Counted from the first letter of the stretch, positions 41,691-54,320 are shown. The stretch: 64,000 bases of DNA from Camelus dromedarius (GCF_036321535.1 NC_087437.1:52268001-52332000), one strand, 5' to 3'. The notes: generated by a model from the sequence alone, not told the origin. A program made the numbers and translations.

Positions 41691-42959
41691 AAATATGAGT
41701 TACATTGTATTTTTCTTTGTCACCAAGTGTGGTCTCCTCCCTTTTTGAGTGAATAAACATTTAGAATCTGCCTGGCTTATGAAAAGTTCTCAGCAAAAAG
41801 TCATATTATTAGACATTGTTAATGTTATGTTCCTTTCAGATGAGTCAAATTGAATAGTGTTTTTCCTCTAGGATTATAGTTCCATCTGTTTTGAATAGCA
41901 AACAGGATTCAAACTAATATACCATGTATTGTTAAGGTCAAAATAAAACAAGTTGGCACAACTCATACTTCCATTAATATAATCATCACAAGTTCTAGCA
42001 ACTATTATTTATTTCCAGGTTTTCCCATCAAACTGCCTAGATTTTAAACCTGGAGATTGTGCTGATGTGATTATAGCATTGAGAAATCCCAAGGGAGAGG
42101 CAAGGGGCCAGAAGACCAGGCACGTGTTTTTATTTTTGAGTAGGCATGAAGATGGTAAAAGATGTTGACTGGTAAGTTTTAAATCAATACCTTATGAAAC
42201 ATTAGAATAATTCATTAAGAAAATGGTTTGTGATCATCAAAGATACATTGTGTTCACTGAGAAGATATGCCAAATTAATTTCATTTCAGTTTTTGAGAGG
42301 ATTAATACATTGGAAGGTCAGAGAAATGTTGTACTGAGATTCCTAGAGATACCACAGTTAGATGATGGAATCCTTGCGGATATGATGTGGGTTATTTGAG
42401 TACAATGTTCTCTGAATAAGCATTAGACCAATTACATTTTTATTCAGCAATTACAGGTGCTAGATACTGTTAATGCAATGAGCTAAAATACATGCTATAT
42501 GCCCTCAAGTTGCCTGCTTCAAACTATTATGGGATAGTAGATCTTAACTGAGGGAGTAGAGGGAGAAGCAAGTATTTTGAAAATGCACACATCTGGCACT
42601 CCCTCTGGGAGGTTCTGATTCTGGATGGACTCAGCAACTTTAAAAAGCTTCCCAAAGAATTTTAATGCACACCTTTGGTTAAGAAACGCAGGAGGGAAGC
42701 TTGGGTAGTTTACTGCAGTGTTCTTGACTTGATTCTGCCTTGAACTATATTATTTTTCAAGCTGAGCAACTAATAATGTCAGAAAAATTTCATATACACA
42801 CAGTATATAACTGCTTACATTACAATAGAATTAAATGAGAGAAACTGTGGAGGACCTTTTCTACTGCTCTGTGCTTTATTCACAGATTGGTACAGCTGAA
42901 TTCTAGATGAGTTTGTCACTGAGACCTAAAATATAAAGCTGGCTTTGTAAGAGTCATTG

Positions 42960-43320
42960 GTGCTGTTCACAAATATTCTATTTTTTTCCCCTCCTTACTG
43001 ATGGTAGAATTGCACTTCCCTGCCCACTGAAGAAAGTGAGGTCATCTGACATTGCTGTGGCCAACAAAATGAGAGAAGTGGTGGAAACATGTTAACACCT
43101 GCTTTACCAGATTCTTTTTTCCTCTGGCTTGGTTACTGGCAATGATCAAGACAGTGGTTGCTCAATCAGCCTGGGTTCCTGAGTGACTATCATGAACAGA
43201 GCCTCACTGTAGACCCAAAGTAATATTTTAGTATTAGAAATTAATTTAAGTTACTTTAAGACATTTAGGTTTGGGGTTGTTTATTTACTGTGGTATTACA
43301 CTATCTATTCTAACTAACAC
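42960..43320 (+). mobile_element. Old MaLR LTR (MLT1J-like)
   Basis: ttgcacttccctgccc, gctgtggccaacaaaatgag, cagcctgggttcctgagtgact; ends ctaactaacaca. Confidence 0.65.
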
Positions 43321-43739
43321 AGAATTCTAGGGTGAGTCTGTGACAGCATGACATTTAATGGTGAGCAATGTAAAGCCCTATACTACAGTTAAAGATAAAA
43401 ATTATAGAGACTAGAGTGCCCAGTCCAGAAATTAATGTATATTTTTCTCTTTTCTAGCCTGAGAATCATCCTGGAATTACTGAATGTGCGTCCATCCCAT
43501 CTGAGAGTATGCACAGTGTACAGATGTGAAGATAAACTGCTAGTCATTGTGCCACCTCCAGGAAGGTCGGCCATAAGCAGAAACAGATGTCACTGAAGGC
43601 AGGACAAAGAGGGAAAGAAATATGGGTCCTGGATGATATCACTGAGTTGAGGGAGCAACCAACCCTGATGCCTGTCATAACAGTTCTCTTACAGAAGTCA
43701 ATACATCCCTTATTGATTAAGTTAGTTTCTGTTGTGTTT

Positions 43740-44124
43740 TGTTGAAGATGCAAAGATGCTGCCCAGATTCCCCTTCAAGAAAGGGCTTGCTGGACAGCTC
43801 CTGGAGTGTGGTCAGCAGGCAGCCCTCAGCTGTCAGTTTCTTCATGGTCTGTCTCAGCTGCAGAGAGCCATGTTGCATGAGATTACAGCCTTTCTGGGTG
43901 GACTGCATGCATTAGAAAGGGCTGGCCACTTCAGTCTGACACAAGATACTCTGATGGGTGATACTCATTCTAGAGGAACTTCCCAGGTAGGCTGAAGAGT
44001 CTTTAGACCTGAAAAGCAGTTCAAATTCTTTCTCTGGCCAGTCCTGCTTTCTTCCATTCCTAATAAAAATCTTTCTCCCAATCTCCATATCAGTGTCTAC
44101 TTCCAGAAAACTCAGTCTATGGCA
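43740..44124 (+). mobile_element. LTR16A-like ERVL solo LTR
   Basis: gctgcccagattccccttca, cagttcaaattctttctctggccagtcctgcttt, AATAAA, CA end. Confidence 0.75.
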
Positions 44125-44739
44125 AGTCTTCTGTAACATGAAGCAAAAGCATTCTGATATTCAGTGGGATGGTTTGAACTTGGTCTTGTCTACAGGAAGG
44201 GAAATGTACTCATAATCTACCTAATTTTTAACTTTGTATTGTAGAAATTTTCAAGCAAACACCAAAAAATAGAAGGACTATTATGAATCCCCATGTACCC
44301 AACTTCAATAATATCAATATATGTTCAATAGTTGTCATCTGAACCCTCACGTATTATTTTAAAAAAAAGTCTCAGACATTATATTATTTCATCCACAATG
44401 CGCTGATGTGTGTTTTGAGATGGAGAGCAATGCCTTTTTCTCCATTTTCCTCTGAATCCAACTCCTGTCTATTTTCTCATCTCTTCTTCCTCTTTCCACT
44501 GCTACCGCCTTAAAAAAAGGAAGAATTTTAATAAGAGAAAGGGGCAATAGTAGTAGGGGATAGAATGGTCCAAAAGTAATCCTGGAATCCATTCATTCTT
44601 TCATTCATTCAACAAACGTTTTAGACTTATCATCTCTCAGTCTTAGGATACTCAATTTTTACCAGTATAGATGGTTGTTCAGATAGGTGGTATAATAATG
44701 TCTTTGGTCAGACAAACTAACAAGAAATGGAGAAAGGTA

Positions 44740-44812
44740 GGGAAGGAGACAGGAGGAAGCAGGAGGGAGGAGAGAGGAGAAGGGAGGGAAAGCAAAGCAA
44801 AGCAAAGCAAAG
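44740..44812 (+). repeat. Purine-rich low complexity plus (AAAGC)n microsatellite
   Basis: GGAG-rich run followed by aaagcaaagcaaagcaaagcaaag. Confidence 0.85.
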
Positions 44813-44814
44813 AA

Positions 44815-44829
44815 GCCATCTAGTGGTCA
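44815..44829 (-). promoter_or_regulatory. Candidate CTCF site between the two divergent promoters
   Basis: Minus strand reads TGACCACTAGATGGC, a full match to the CCASYAGRKGGC core. Confidence 0.55.
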
Positions 44830-44904
44830 CAGCAGGAAATAATCATATTTGTTTGTTTTTCCTACTAGACAAAAAAGACAAGGCTTACTCCAGGTAGGAC
44901 CTTC

Positions 44905-45272
44905 AAGAGGAAACTGAGGCTGAGAGGTGAAGTGATACGCTTAAGGTCACATGGCTAGTTAATAGCAGAGCTAGGCATGGAACCCAAACAAGCTGACTCT
45001 CAGTTCAGAGAAAGTACCAGGCATCATTAATTAATCCCTTTCCAAGGATAGCAGGGAAGCTGGTTCCATTCCCCTTTACCACTTACATGTTCCAACATAT
45101 AAGGGAACCAGAGAGGGCTTGTAATAGCTAGCACTCTTTGAACGCTTTCACTGTGCCAGCGCTTCCCACGTATTATCCCAAGTAATAAAACACCAACCTT
45201 ATGTTCCAGATACTAGTATTAACCTATTTCACGCTTGAGGAAACGGCACAGAAAGGCTAAGTAACTTGCCTA
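44905..45272 (-). mobile_element. Two MIR SINE fragments (~44905-45010 and ~45122-45272)
   Basis: gaggaaactgaggctgagaggtgaagtga...aaggtcacatggctagt; gaggaaacggcacagaaaggctaagtaacttgcc. Confidence 0.7.
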
Positions 45273-45469
45273 GGAAATACCGTTACAATGAGAGGCAGCA
45301 TCACTTGAGCAAAACTGAGAAATCCTTGTGATTCTCCGAAGGGCCTGAGGAGTCCGGGAAACCGTGATGAGCTCAACATACAGAAGGAGCAAAGTGAGTG
45401 TAGAAGAGGCTGCAGAAGCTAGCAAAGAAGCTTGAAAACCAAAAAACGCACTTCTTCAGGCTGGGCTAC

Positions 45470-45780
45470 ACAGCAGGCGAAAAAAAACCCGCGTAAACAA
45501 GACCCGGAGAGCGCCGGATCCCGGGGGTACCGAGAAACAGGTCGGAAGTGACGTCAACTAGAGGCGGTGGGCGCTTAGCGGGACCGCGGGGCGCGGAGGC
45601 ATTCAGGCGGGACGCGACGCCCGGAAGTTACGCCCCGGAGGTGGTACCTGGTTGTGGAGGGCGTCGCGATGGGCGGGGCGGGGCTTCCGTGGCCATCCTG
45701 GAACCGTGGATCCCGGGCAGGTAACCTGCGGGCCGAACCTTGACCGGGACAAGGGTGGAAGTTGGGGTTGGGGGCTCCGT
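45470..45780 (+). promoter_or_regulatory. MAP3K13: CpG-island promoter divergent from EHHADH; probable distal promoter of MAP3K13
   Basis: Dense CpG; ETS-CRE composite CGGAAGTGACGTCA (45543-45556), second CCGGAAGT (45621-45628), tandem GC boxes (~45671-45684), donor CAG|GTAACC at 45720/45721. Gene identity is inferred only from the known EHHADH-MAP3K13 head-to-head order in mammals; no MAP3K13 coding sequence is in the window. Confidence 0.7.
45620..45720 (+). other. MAP3K13: Putative first (non-coding) exon of the plus-strand transcript; 5' end approximate
   Basis: Ends at donor GGGCAG|GTAACC inside the CpG island. Confidence 0.55.
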
Positions 45781-47533
45781 TTGCTCGAAGCCACAAGCTC
45801 GGGCAGAGAAACGTAGGTCTCCCATGAGGCGGTGGCTGGAGAAAAGGCTCCTTGACGTGGGACTCCCTGAGGAGACAGGGATACGAGGAACTTTGGGAAC
45901 GGGGTCGTGAGGGCCGAGGTCGTTGAGGAATATGGACAGGCTGAGTCTTTTAGGAGTCGGTTGACTGAGGGTAACAGGCTTATGAGTATTGGCGCTCAGG
46001 GCTGAGGAGTTTGGAACCTGGGCATTGAGATGAGCTGACCTAGAGTTCATTTCCCACCTACCCCGTCCCCCGTCGTTTTCTGCTAGTAGGGGACAGGAAC
46101 TTAGTCTTCTCATCTCAATGCAGGATAGGGCCTTGCCACTGTTAAGCATTCTTTAGATGCTGTCGAATGAATTAATTAATGAACGCACGAACCCAGTTCT
46201 GGCTCAGCAGGGGGAACTTTTGAACTTCAGTATCCCTTTCTCTAAATATAGAAAAGATGCCAGCTTAGTTTGCTGACCAGTGGTTTTGAGGATGCCAGTG
46301 CAGTAGAGATTCAGGACATTGTTGTTAATTGTTTTGTGGTTATTGAAATTTAGAAATGTGTCTTAGTATTTTTCTCTGGGGTAGGTAGAGAGGATAAGGC
46401 AATCAATTTGGCTTCTTTAAGGTTCCTTTACTTTTCTGAGAATAACTTCCAGGTACATGATACCGGGCGGGAGTTGGCCATCAAATGATAAACGGCAGTT
46501 GTATCACTGAGCTTCTAATTAGTATTCTAAGTACTTTCTTTTCAGCAATGTGAACTTCCTTTCCTTTTTCTGAATGTTTTCATTCTTAAATTGGGATACC
46601 TTTTACATTTGAGATGTAAAAGAGAATTATTTCATAACAAAGATGAAAATAGTAATTTATAAAAATCCAGCAGAGATTTCACCTGTTGTGTGCACATAAG
46701 TTTAACTCCTTCCAAACAGTTGAGGGAAGCTTCCAAAAGAATGAATCCCTGAAGGTTAAATTGTTTCCTTTGTAAAGTGTTTGCTTAGGTGTCTTGAATG
46801 TGACAAAGAGTGGGCACAGACGTAAAGAACAAGTAGTGCAACCAAATTGTTTTTGGTTGTCAAGTGGAAAAAAGTGCAAGTACACATCAGGCCATGTAGT
46901 GTGATCTGGGCATGAATCACTGTCTAGATGCAGTGATTGCTCTAGATGTAGGGAGGTGATTGTGTGTATGGGTTTCATGCTGTCTCATGAGATAGGAGCT
47001 CCTAAGTGGTTTCTAGAATCTTATCATTAGAATGTATATAATGGAGTAGGAAAACTTGATTTATGGCTTTTTTTGTTATTTTTTACAAAGGAGAAACTAG
47101 TAAGCATTTTAAGATTTAAAAATATAAGATGTTCTTTAAAAATGGGTTGGAAAAAACTAAAAGTAGACATGTAAATACCTTATTGAAGTCATCTAATTTT
47201 TAAAAGTTTGCTTGCCTTCAACACTTGTTTTCCCAATTTCTGGGAATTGTTGGTATCCCAACCATCCCCACCTTTTTGTGCTCTTACCTTTAGGATACAT
47301 ATAAATTTGGTACAAAGTAATATTTTGAGATCCTCTAGATTTATGTTAATATTAATGTCTTAAAGTCTTAATTTTGCTACCTCAGTCTGCTGTTCAATGT
47401 CATGTCCACTAATTTTTCACATCTAAATGCCTATATTCATAATAATTATTATAACTGTTACTCATAATAAATTGGTATCTACACGGTAACTTAGATATGT
47501 GCATTGATATTCTTGAGGTTTTCAGTTTTGCAG

Positions 47534-47652
47534 AACACTGATATCTATGGACTCTAATATGGACTTCATTTAAGGAAATCCACGGACCATTAATGGACAA
47601 AAACATGAATCAATTTGTATTTTGGCATTCAAATCCTAGCACTTTGGGAAAG
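47534..47652 (+). other. MAP3K13: Putative 119-nt 5'-leader exon 2 with four ATGs
   Basis: Acceptor ttttcagttttgcag| (tandem AGs ending 47525 and 47533) and perfect donor AAG|GTAAGT; non-repetitive sequence. Confidence 0.65.
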
Positions 47653-48379
47653 GTAAGTTGTTGATTGTGTTTTATGTTAGGTGAGAAATAGAACAGCCCT
47701 GGGTTGGTCTGGGAAATTGTAGGACTGTGTTTTCATCTGGACCTTCCAAAGAGAGAGATTTGTTCTACATATATGAGGCAATTGTTTTCTCTGTAAAAAT
47801 GATCAGAAATTAAAGAGATTGACAAAATACATTATTCCTAGAAGATTACTGCTCTGTTTTCTTTTTTGGGGGGAGATCTCCTTTTAACACTTTAGAACCT
47901 GGTAGTATATTTCAATCCTATAAGAATGGGGCCTCAAATAGTTATTTAAATTTCACATCAAAGTTTGTTTCTGTAACAGTATATGCCCCAAATCTTCCGG
48001 CCAATTTTATTTTTATGCTCTACGTTAAAGCAGGAAGAGAGGCCAAAAAATGTCTTTTAAAAACGTCCTGCTTTATTTATGCTATTTTCTTTTCTCTTCT
48101 TTGTTCTTTAAAAAAATCTCTTAGATGATCCATTCTCCAGGCCTCTTATCTTTCTGTCCCATGGGATAAAGTTTCTCTTTTTTTCTAATTTACCTTTCCT
48201 AGCTTAGGAGTTTTTTAATTTTTAAAACCTTAACTTCTAATTTTGTGATGGTGCTTGGCACATCATTTTAATCACTAAGTGTTAAACTTGTAGTTTTTCT
48301 GGTCTCCTCTGTAGATACAGTGGGCTTCTTTAGAATTTATTCAGTTCTAAAACCAGACAGTACTTCTAGAAATTCATCT

Positions 48380-48830
48380 TTCAGATATATTTGTACTTGT
48401 ACACAGAAGATATTCATCACCATATTATTTGAAATTAAAAACAAAAAAGCTAAAAACAACCTAAGCATCCCTTAACAAAGTCCTGGTTAAATAAATTCCT
48501 TCATACAATGTAGTACTTTTTAACTCTTAGAATGAAGTTAGGTGGAAATATGGAAGAATCTCTAACATACATTGTTAATGGAGAAAAACAGTATAGAGCT
48601 GTATGTATGGTATGTTTTCATTTGTATTTTTAGAAGCATACATTTCTGTATATACATGCAAAATTTCTTCAAATCTGTATGAGCAACTAGCGACAGAAAG
48701 GGTACCCCTAAGGAATGAGATGAGAAGTCTAGAGCAGGAAGAAGACTCATGATTTTTCTGTATTCTCTTTCTGGTGGATTGAATTTTTTACTGTGAACAT
48801 GTTTTTATTTTTATAATACTAAGAAACAAA
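48380..48830 (+). mobile_element. Ancient L1 (L1ME-like) 3' end
   Basis: gatattcatcac, aaacaacctaagcatcc, ctggttaaataaatt. Confidence 0.55.
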
Positions 48831-51464
48831 GGCTTTAGGCTAATTCAGTAATTATGGGAGCACACAGCTATTCCTTAGGACTTTTGTCCTTATGATTATT
48901 TGCCCTGTTTAAAAGGAACGGGGTTACACAAGTGAGTTAAGCTTATTTCAGAGCTGCATGGAAGGTTTGCTGATATTTTAATCAGTTTTTCACCTTGATA
49001 TTAGGTTATTATTCATAATAAGGATTTGTGCATAAACAAAGTACTTAGTGCTGTTGAATTCAATGCTCGTGTACAATTTATAGCATGTGGCTGACCTCCC
49101 CAGGTGATATGAATGCTATTACCTTTGTTTGAAACCTAGGTTAGTATTGCATTGGCCTGGTTCCTCTAAGCCTCTCAGTAATACTGAATGGGATGGGCTT
49201 TGTTTGATTTTAATTATTATTTGGGGACTCTACTCTTTAAACAAATCTTACCGCTGTTATTTCACGTTGTTCTTGATGTTTGGAACTGGCTTAAGGCATT
49301 TCAAAGAATGGCTTGTTCTCTCTGTTAGTAAAACCAGGAAATCAGAAAGATCATTTAGATATGTATGGATAATCTCATTCTGTATTGAGAATATTACTTT
49401 GAATTGGCTGATTATCTGCTTTGGAACTCAGCAAACATTTCCAGTGACTTCTCTAGCCATCTTTGTCTCTCCACACTTTCATTGGGGGAAATTTGAAATA
49501 ATAATAGTGGGTCAGAAAAATGAGTTATACAAGAAATTTAAAGATATAGTAATCTTCATTTTATTAGTAGAAGGATTTTATTGGAAACTTGCTTGAGAAT
49601 AGGCTGTGTAAGATATATACCTATATGATGCCACTATCATATAAAATACATGACTGTGTATCTTGTTAAAAATCAAAATGAAGGCCACTAATCTAAGGGC
49701 TGAGTCGTGATTAATCGAATAGAACAGGTATGGGATGTCAGGTGTTTTATACCATACCTTGGCAGAGTATTCTGTGTAAAATCATTTCTGCTAAATAATG
49801 CTTTGCTTCTTGAGATCCTTGAGATTAATGACTACTGGCTACAAAGGGGAAATCATTGGGCAGGATGCCTAGAGTGGGACTCCTTATTCTTATTAAGGGA
49901 ATAGATAGCAATACATTGAATCCAAGGGTAGATTGTGTTTTCCTGAGTCAAGATGAATATGGTAAAGGTGACTTATAGAAAGAAAGATGAACATGAACAC
50001 AAAAGTTACATGTAGAGAACATAAAATTAGGGAAGATGCATGTGTATGTGTATGTGTGTGCACATAGATATACTACAGTATATAGTTTAAATGTGTAAAA
50101 CAATATATATTTCCCCCCACCCCCAAAAACCACAAGTTCCACATGGAAAGCTATCTGGATAGCACAAGAGAAAAAAAAAAGTCAGAATTTTAAGTCCAGA
50201 GAGCTGGCCGTGTTATGAGCTAATTCGTATTTATGAGAGCAGTTTAAAGAATTTTGGAAGTTTTGAGATCATTTACAGGGCCCAAGTGATATGAAGGTAA
50301 ACAAAACCCAGAGAATGAGAAGGATAAAATCTAGTAACATGTGAGATTATGGTTAAGGGTATCTTTTAAGGTTCTGTTTTGTGGTATTGTTTTGGGTGGG
50401 GGAAAAAGGGAGAACTGAAAAGTGTATTGCTGTTCAGTTTGAATTGAGCTAGGTCCATAAGCCTTTCCTAGCATTTCCATTGTGTATGACCAAAGTGGAT
50501 TAACTAGACCCATTACCTACAAAACAGTTTTTGTGTATTAATTATTAGATATACCTTGAAGAATAAGAGAATTGTTTTTAAATCAATTTTTGATTCTATA
50601 AAAGGGCAACTGTGATGACTTAGGTGGAGGGCACTGGGGCTATTTTGTTTAAAAAATAGAAGACTTTGGAAGAATTGGATAAACTCCATGGGAAGTACAC
50701 TTGTTCTCTGTTATTTGAGGCTAAAATTAGTTCTAAATGAGAGAAGGTACAGATAGAACTAGTCAACAGTGGAGCAGATTGTGTTGAGAGGCAGTGAACT
50801 CCAAGTCATTAGGGTTGCTTAAGCAGAGTTTGAACATTGAGAATATCGTAGGGGGGTTTTCTCATTGTATGGGAGATTGTACCAGATTATTATTAAGGTA
50901 CCTTTCAAATCCAAAAAAAATTTTTATAGTGCAATAAAGTGATTTATTACAATATGAGTATATATTCTGTTATCCCTGTATTTAAATACTTAGAGCTGAT
51001 TTACTCACTGGCCATTTATCTGCCAACTTCAACTTGCCCATAACCAGGTAATTTAAAATTACCTGAGCTCCCAAATTATGACACATATCTATATACTTTT
51101 CTCAGGTCCTTACTCAGTTCATTTATTTTTAGACACAGTTCTAACAGGTTTAATTAACTGGTATCTGACTCCACAATATATTAGAAGCAATAAATTCTGA
51201 GTGGCCCAAGTGCTTTTGTTCGAGGCAGGCACGTTGACAAGAATGGACAAGAAGAAAGAAAGCCGGAAAACTAACTTTAAAATTGTAGCAACCCAGGCTC
51301 TTTTGATTAAATGAAAACAGCTCTGGGTTAATGCATATTCAAAATGATAACCTTTACTGAACTTAAATAATTTATGTTTAGTATTTTCTGTTTAAGAATA
51401 CCTGAATTTTAGAAAGGTCTCTTCAGTGTGTTTAACAACAAAAGACAGATATTTTGCCACTTGG

Positions 51465-51682
51465 AGAGGCTGCATTGTGTGGTGCGAAGAGCAAGGACTC
51501 TAGAGCAGTAAAGACAGATTTGAATCTGGGCTCCAATATCTACTAGCTGTTATGTTAAGTTTGTTATTCATTCTAAGCCTCAGTCGCTTCATCCATACAA
51601 TAGGAATTTACAGAAGAGTAAAGATAACACATGTAAAAAGTTTGCATACATTAGATGCTAAGTAAATAACAGCTATTATTAT
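51465..51682 (+). mobile_element. MIR SINE
   Basis: agagcaaggactctagagc...tttgaatctgggctcc...tctaagcctcagt. Confidence 0.7.
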
Positions 51683-52164
51683 TTCAGTGTTACCATAAAG
51701 CTTACTCTACCTTGAATTTTGTCTCTTCAAACAGAGTAAGAACAAACTTATCTAATAATTTTTTGTAAGTTAATATATATTAATGCTAAAAATGGTGATG
51801 ACGTGCTTTTAAAACCTTTTTAAAAAATTGTATAATTAATCCATGTCTTTACAAAAACTAGGATATAGAAAAAAATATATATATATATATCTCCCCTCAA
51901 AAGAGTAAAGTCACCTGTCATCCTCTACCACTGGTAATATTTTAGTGGTGTGCTTTATTTTTAAACTGCTTTGACATTCCTATGGCATGTCACTTCTGAG
52001 TAGTGACTTCTGAAACTGATTCTATGTTACCACTGTTGGGAAACTTAAATTAGTCACTATACTTTCTAATCAGAATATGCAGTGAAAGATTGTGACATGT
52101 TACACTGCTGATATAAAGAAAACCCTAGACCTGGAAAATTTTGTTACACTGGAACTAGTTTCGT

Positions 52165-52420
52165 AGAGTAATGGGTGTAAGTTGGTGCTCTGGAGCTGGA
52201 GGGCTTGAGTTTGAATCCTAACTCCACTATTTACTAGCTAGGTAAACTACCTGAATTTCTTAACTTCTCTGTGCCTCAATTTCTTCATGTGTAAATTGGG
52301 GATAATAGTAGTACATAATTCATGGGATTGCTTTGAGGATTAAATGAATTAATCTACCTAAAATGCTTAGAGCAGTGCCTGGCACGAAGTACAGAACTTA
52401 ATAAAACTTAATTATTATTA
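52165..52420 (+). mobile_element. Near full-length MIR SINE
   Basis: gtttgaatcct...cttctctgtgcctcaatttcttcatgtgtaaattggggataata...cagtgcctggcac. Confidence 0.85.
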
Positions 52421-53513
52421 ATTTTTAAAAGCTTAATTTTTTCTTGGAGCAGATAAAATAGGAACACTTAAAAGAAATAATTTAGAATGAGCACAAAAGT
52501 AGTCAGATTTACTATGTTTTTCATTTGAACCTGCTGGTTTTCTGAATTTTTCCATTCTAAGGCTTTGTTAATTTTTCTCCCTTGTTGAAGTGTTTTCAAA
52601 CCATAATATTCCAAGTTCAGCTTCTTTTTTACCCTACAAAATCAACTTCATTTTATATTGTCTCACCCAACAAATATTTTGGCCATGCTTTCAAAGATTG
52701 AAAGCCCTTTAAGACAATCATATATCATGGATGGCAATGAAAGAGATTCAGGAAATTATAAAATCAGTTTATCTGACCACAGCCTAAGGTGGTTCTGTAA
52801 GAACTTTAAATTCAGATGCAATTTGAAGTGAAGAATATTAATCAAAGAGACAAACCAATGAACATATTTAGCTATTCTGTATATCTTTTAAAAATCTCTT
52901 TTGTTCCTTTTCTTTTCCTTTATTTCATTTTGTTTTCCTTTTTTGTTTTTTCAGCATAGTATCTAACAATCTGATTAATTACTGATAAAAGAGTTATTGT
53001 TTTTCAAAACCCTTTAAAAATTTATTAGACTTGCTAGTAGATTTTTTGTGCGTTTTGTTTTAAAGCATCAAGTACAAGTTTTTGAAGACCCTGGGGCCTA
53101 CCATCATTACACATTCAAGATTTGAGTTTGAATAACTTCATCAAGACTTAGATCCACTTCAGAAGCCTCAAGTCTCATCCTCCATTGAATCCTCTCACAA
53201 AAATAAAAGCCTAAAGGGACTAAAATCCATTAATACCTTCCATTTTATATCCTCTCCTCTGATTTCTCTTCAGTTTCCTTTGCCTTTAGGGTCTTTCACA
53301 TTGCTTATGTTCCTTTAGACTAGAGCCAAGGAATCAGTGCTTTCCAAAAGAATATATGTCCTGTGGCCATAAGTTTTCATTGGTAGAGAAGCATAAACTT
53401 GGCGTGATAAGTTTAGAATCAGGTCTTTTGTTGTATGCTATAAAAACTTGAGTCAACAATTAGAAAATGAGGATGAAATGGTAAAAATATTTGAGGCTGG
53501 ATTTGCTCTCAGA

Positions 53514-53720
53514 GGCTACATAGTTTGGAGAAAAGAGCCCTCAATCTAAGAGTTCATGGTTCTTATTCTCCCAGCCTATTACTAGATATTTGATAACTGG
53601 GAAAGCCTTGTAACCTCTCTGAACCTTAACTTCATCATCTGTAAAGTAAACCTGATAACATTTTCCCCACCTACCTCACAGGGTTGTTGTGAGGCTCAAG
53701 TGAAATAATATGCATAAAAA
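53514..53720 (+). mobile_element. MIR SINE
   Basis: taacctctctgaacc...catctgtaaag...cctacctcacagggttgttgtgagg. Confidence 0.75.
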
Positions 53721-53974
53721 AAGGACTTTTACATAAAATGTGCAGTACAACCGTAGGGTTCTGTTACATAGTTGCAAGCCATTCCCTCAGCTCTTAAGCC
53801 TGGGAAGGTAGATGGTTTAAGTGCACTGAAAGCATGTACCTGTCCAGGTTGGATACATGATAAGAAGGATATGTTAATTTTTTTTCTTTGAGTATACAGA
53901 ATACTAGTATAATTCTAATAAGGAGAAGACTATAAATTTCCCTAAAATTGTGAATTAGCATTGGTGATGCTCTA

Positions 53975-54320
53975 GAGCAGTTGTGTATTGTAACACATAC
54001 CTGGTTTGCAGAATTTGTTTACTAAGTTGTGACCAGCATTTAATTAATTTATCTATTTTAATAGAGGTACTGTGGATTGAACCCAGGACCTTGCACATGC
54101 TAAGCACAGGCTCTACCACTGAGCTGTACTCACCTACTCCCTCCTTCCCGTGACCAGCATTTTTTTTTTTTAACGAAGGAACAGAGAACAGAAAATTTCA
54201 CAATGCATCCTACATAATAAGAGTAAATATTGTTTTAGTTACATATGTGTGTGTAAATGTGTGTGTTTGTATTTGTATTCTTGGTCTTTAAATATAAATC
54301 GCATTTCTCTCTGTGAGTTG
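53975..54320. mobile_element. hAT-Charlie-type MITE interrupted by a vic-1 SINE
   Basis: gttgtgaccagcattt...caatgcatcctacataataagagtaaatattg...gcatttctctctgtgagttg. Confidence 0.55.
54042..54149 (-). mobile_element. vic-1-type SINE
   Basis: gattgaacccaggacc...ctctaccactgagct; perfect TSD gtgaccagcattt (54029-54041 / 54150-54162). Confidence 0.92.

Noticed and set aside
37900..45400. Canonical upstream PPAR response element as described for the rat gene
   Set aside because: No convincing DR1 seen by eye; only weak partial matches such as TCACCT-T-TGACAG near 38605. A PWM scan is needed
45575..46149. Minus-strand ORFs up to 173 aa over the CpG island
   Set aside because: Stop-poor GC-rich DNA, non-ATG starts for some, and no recognisable domain or exon structure
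49129..49596. 155-aa ORF in unique intronic DNA (also 20662..21186)
   Set aside because: 49129 has a non-ATG start; neither shows family resemblance or supporting splice sites, and both are consistent with chance
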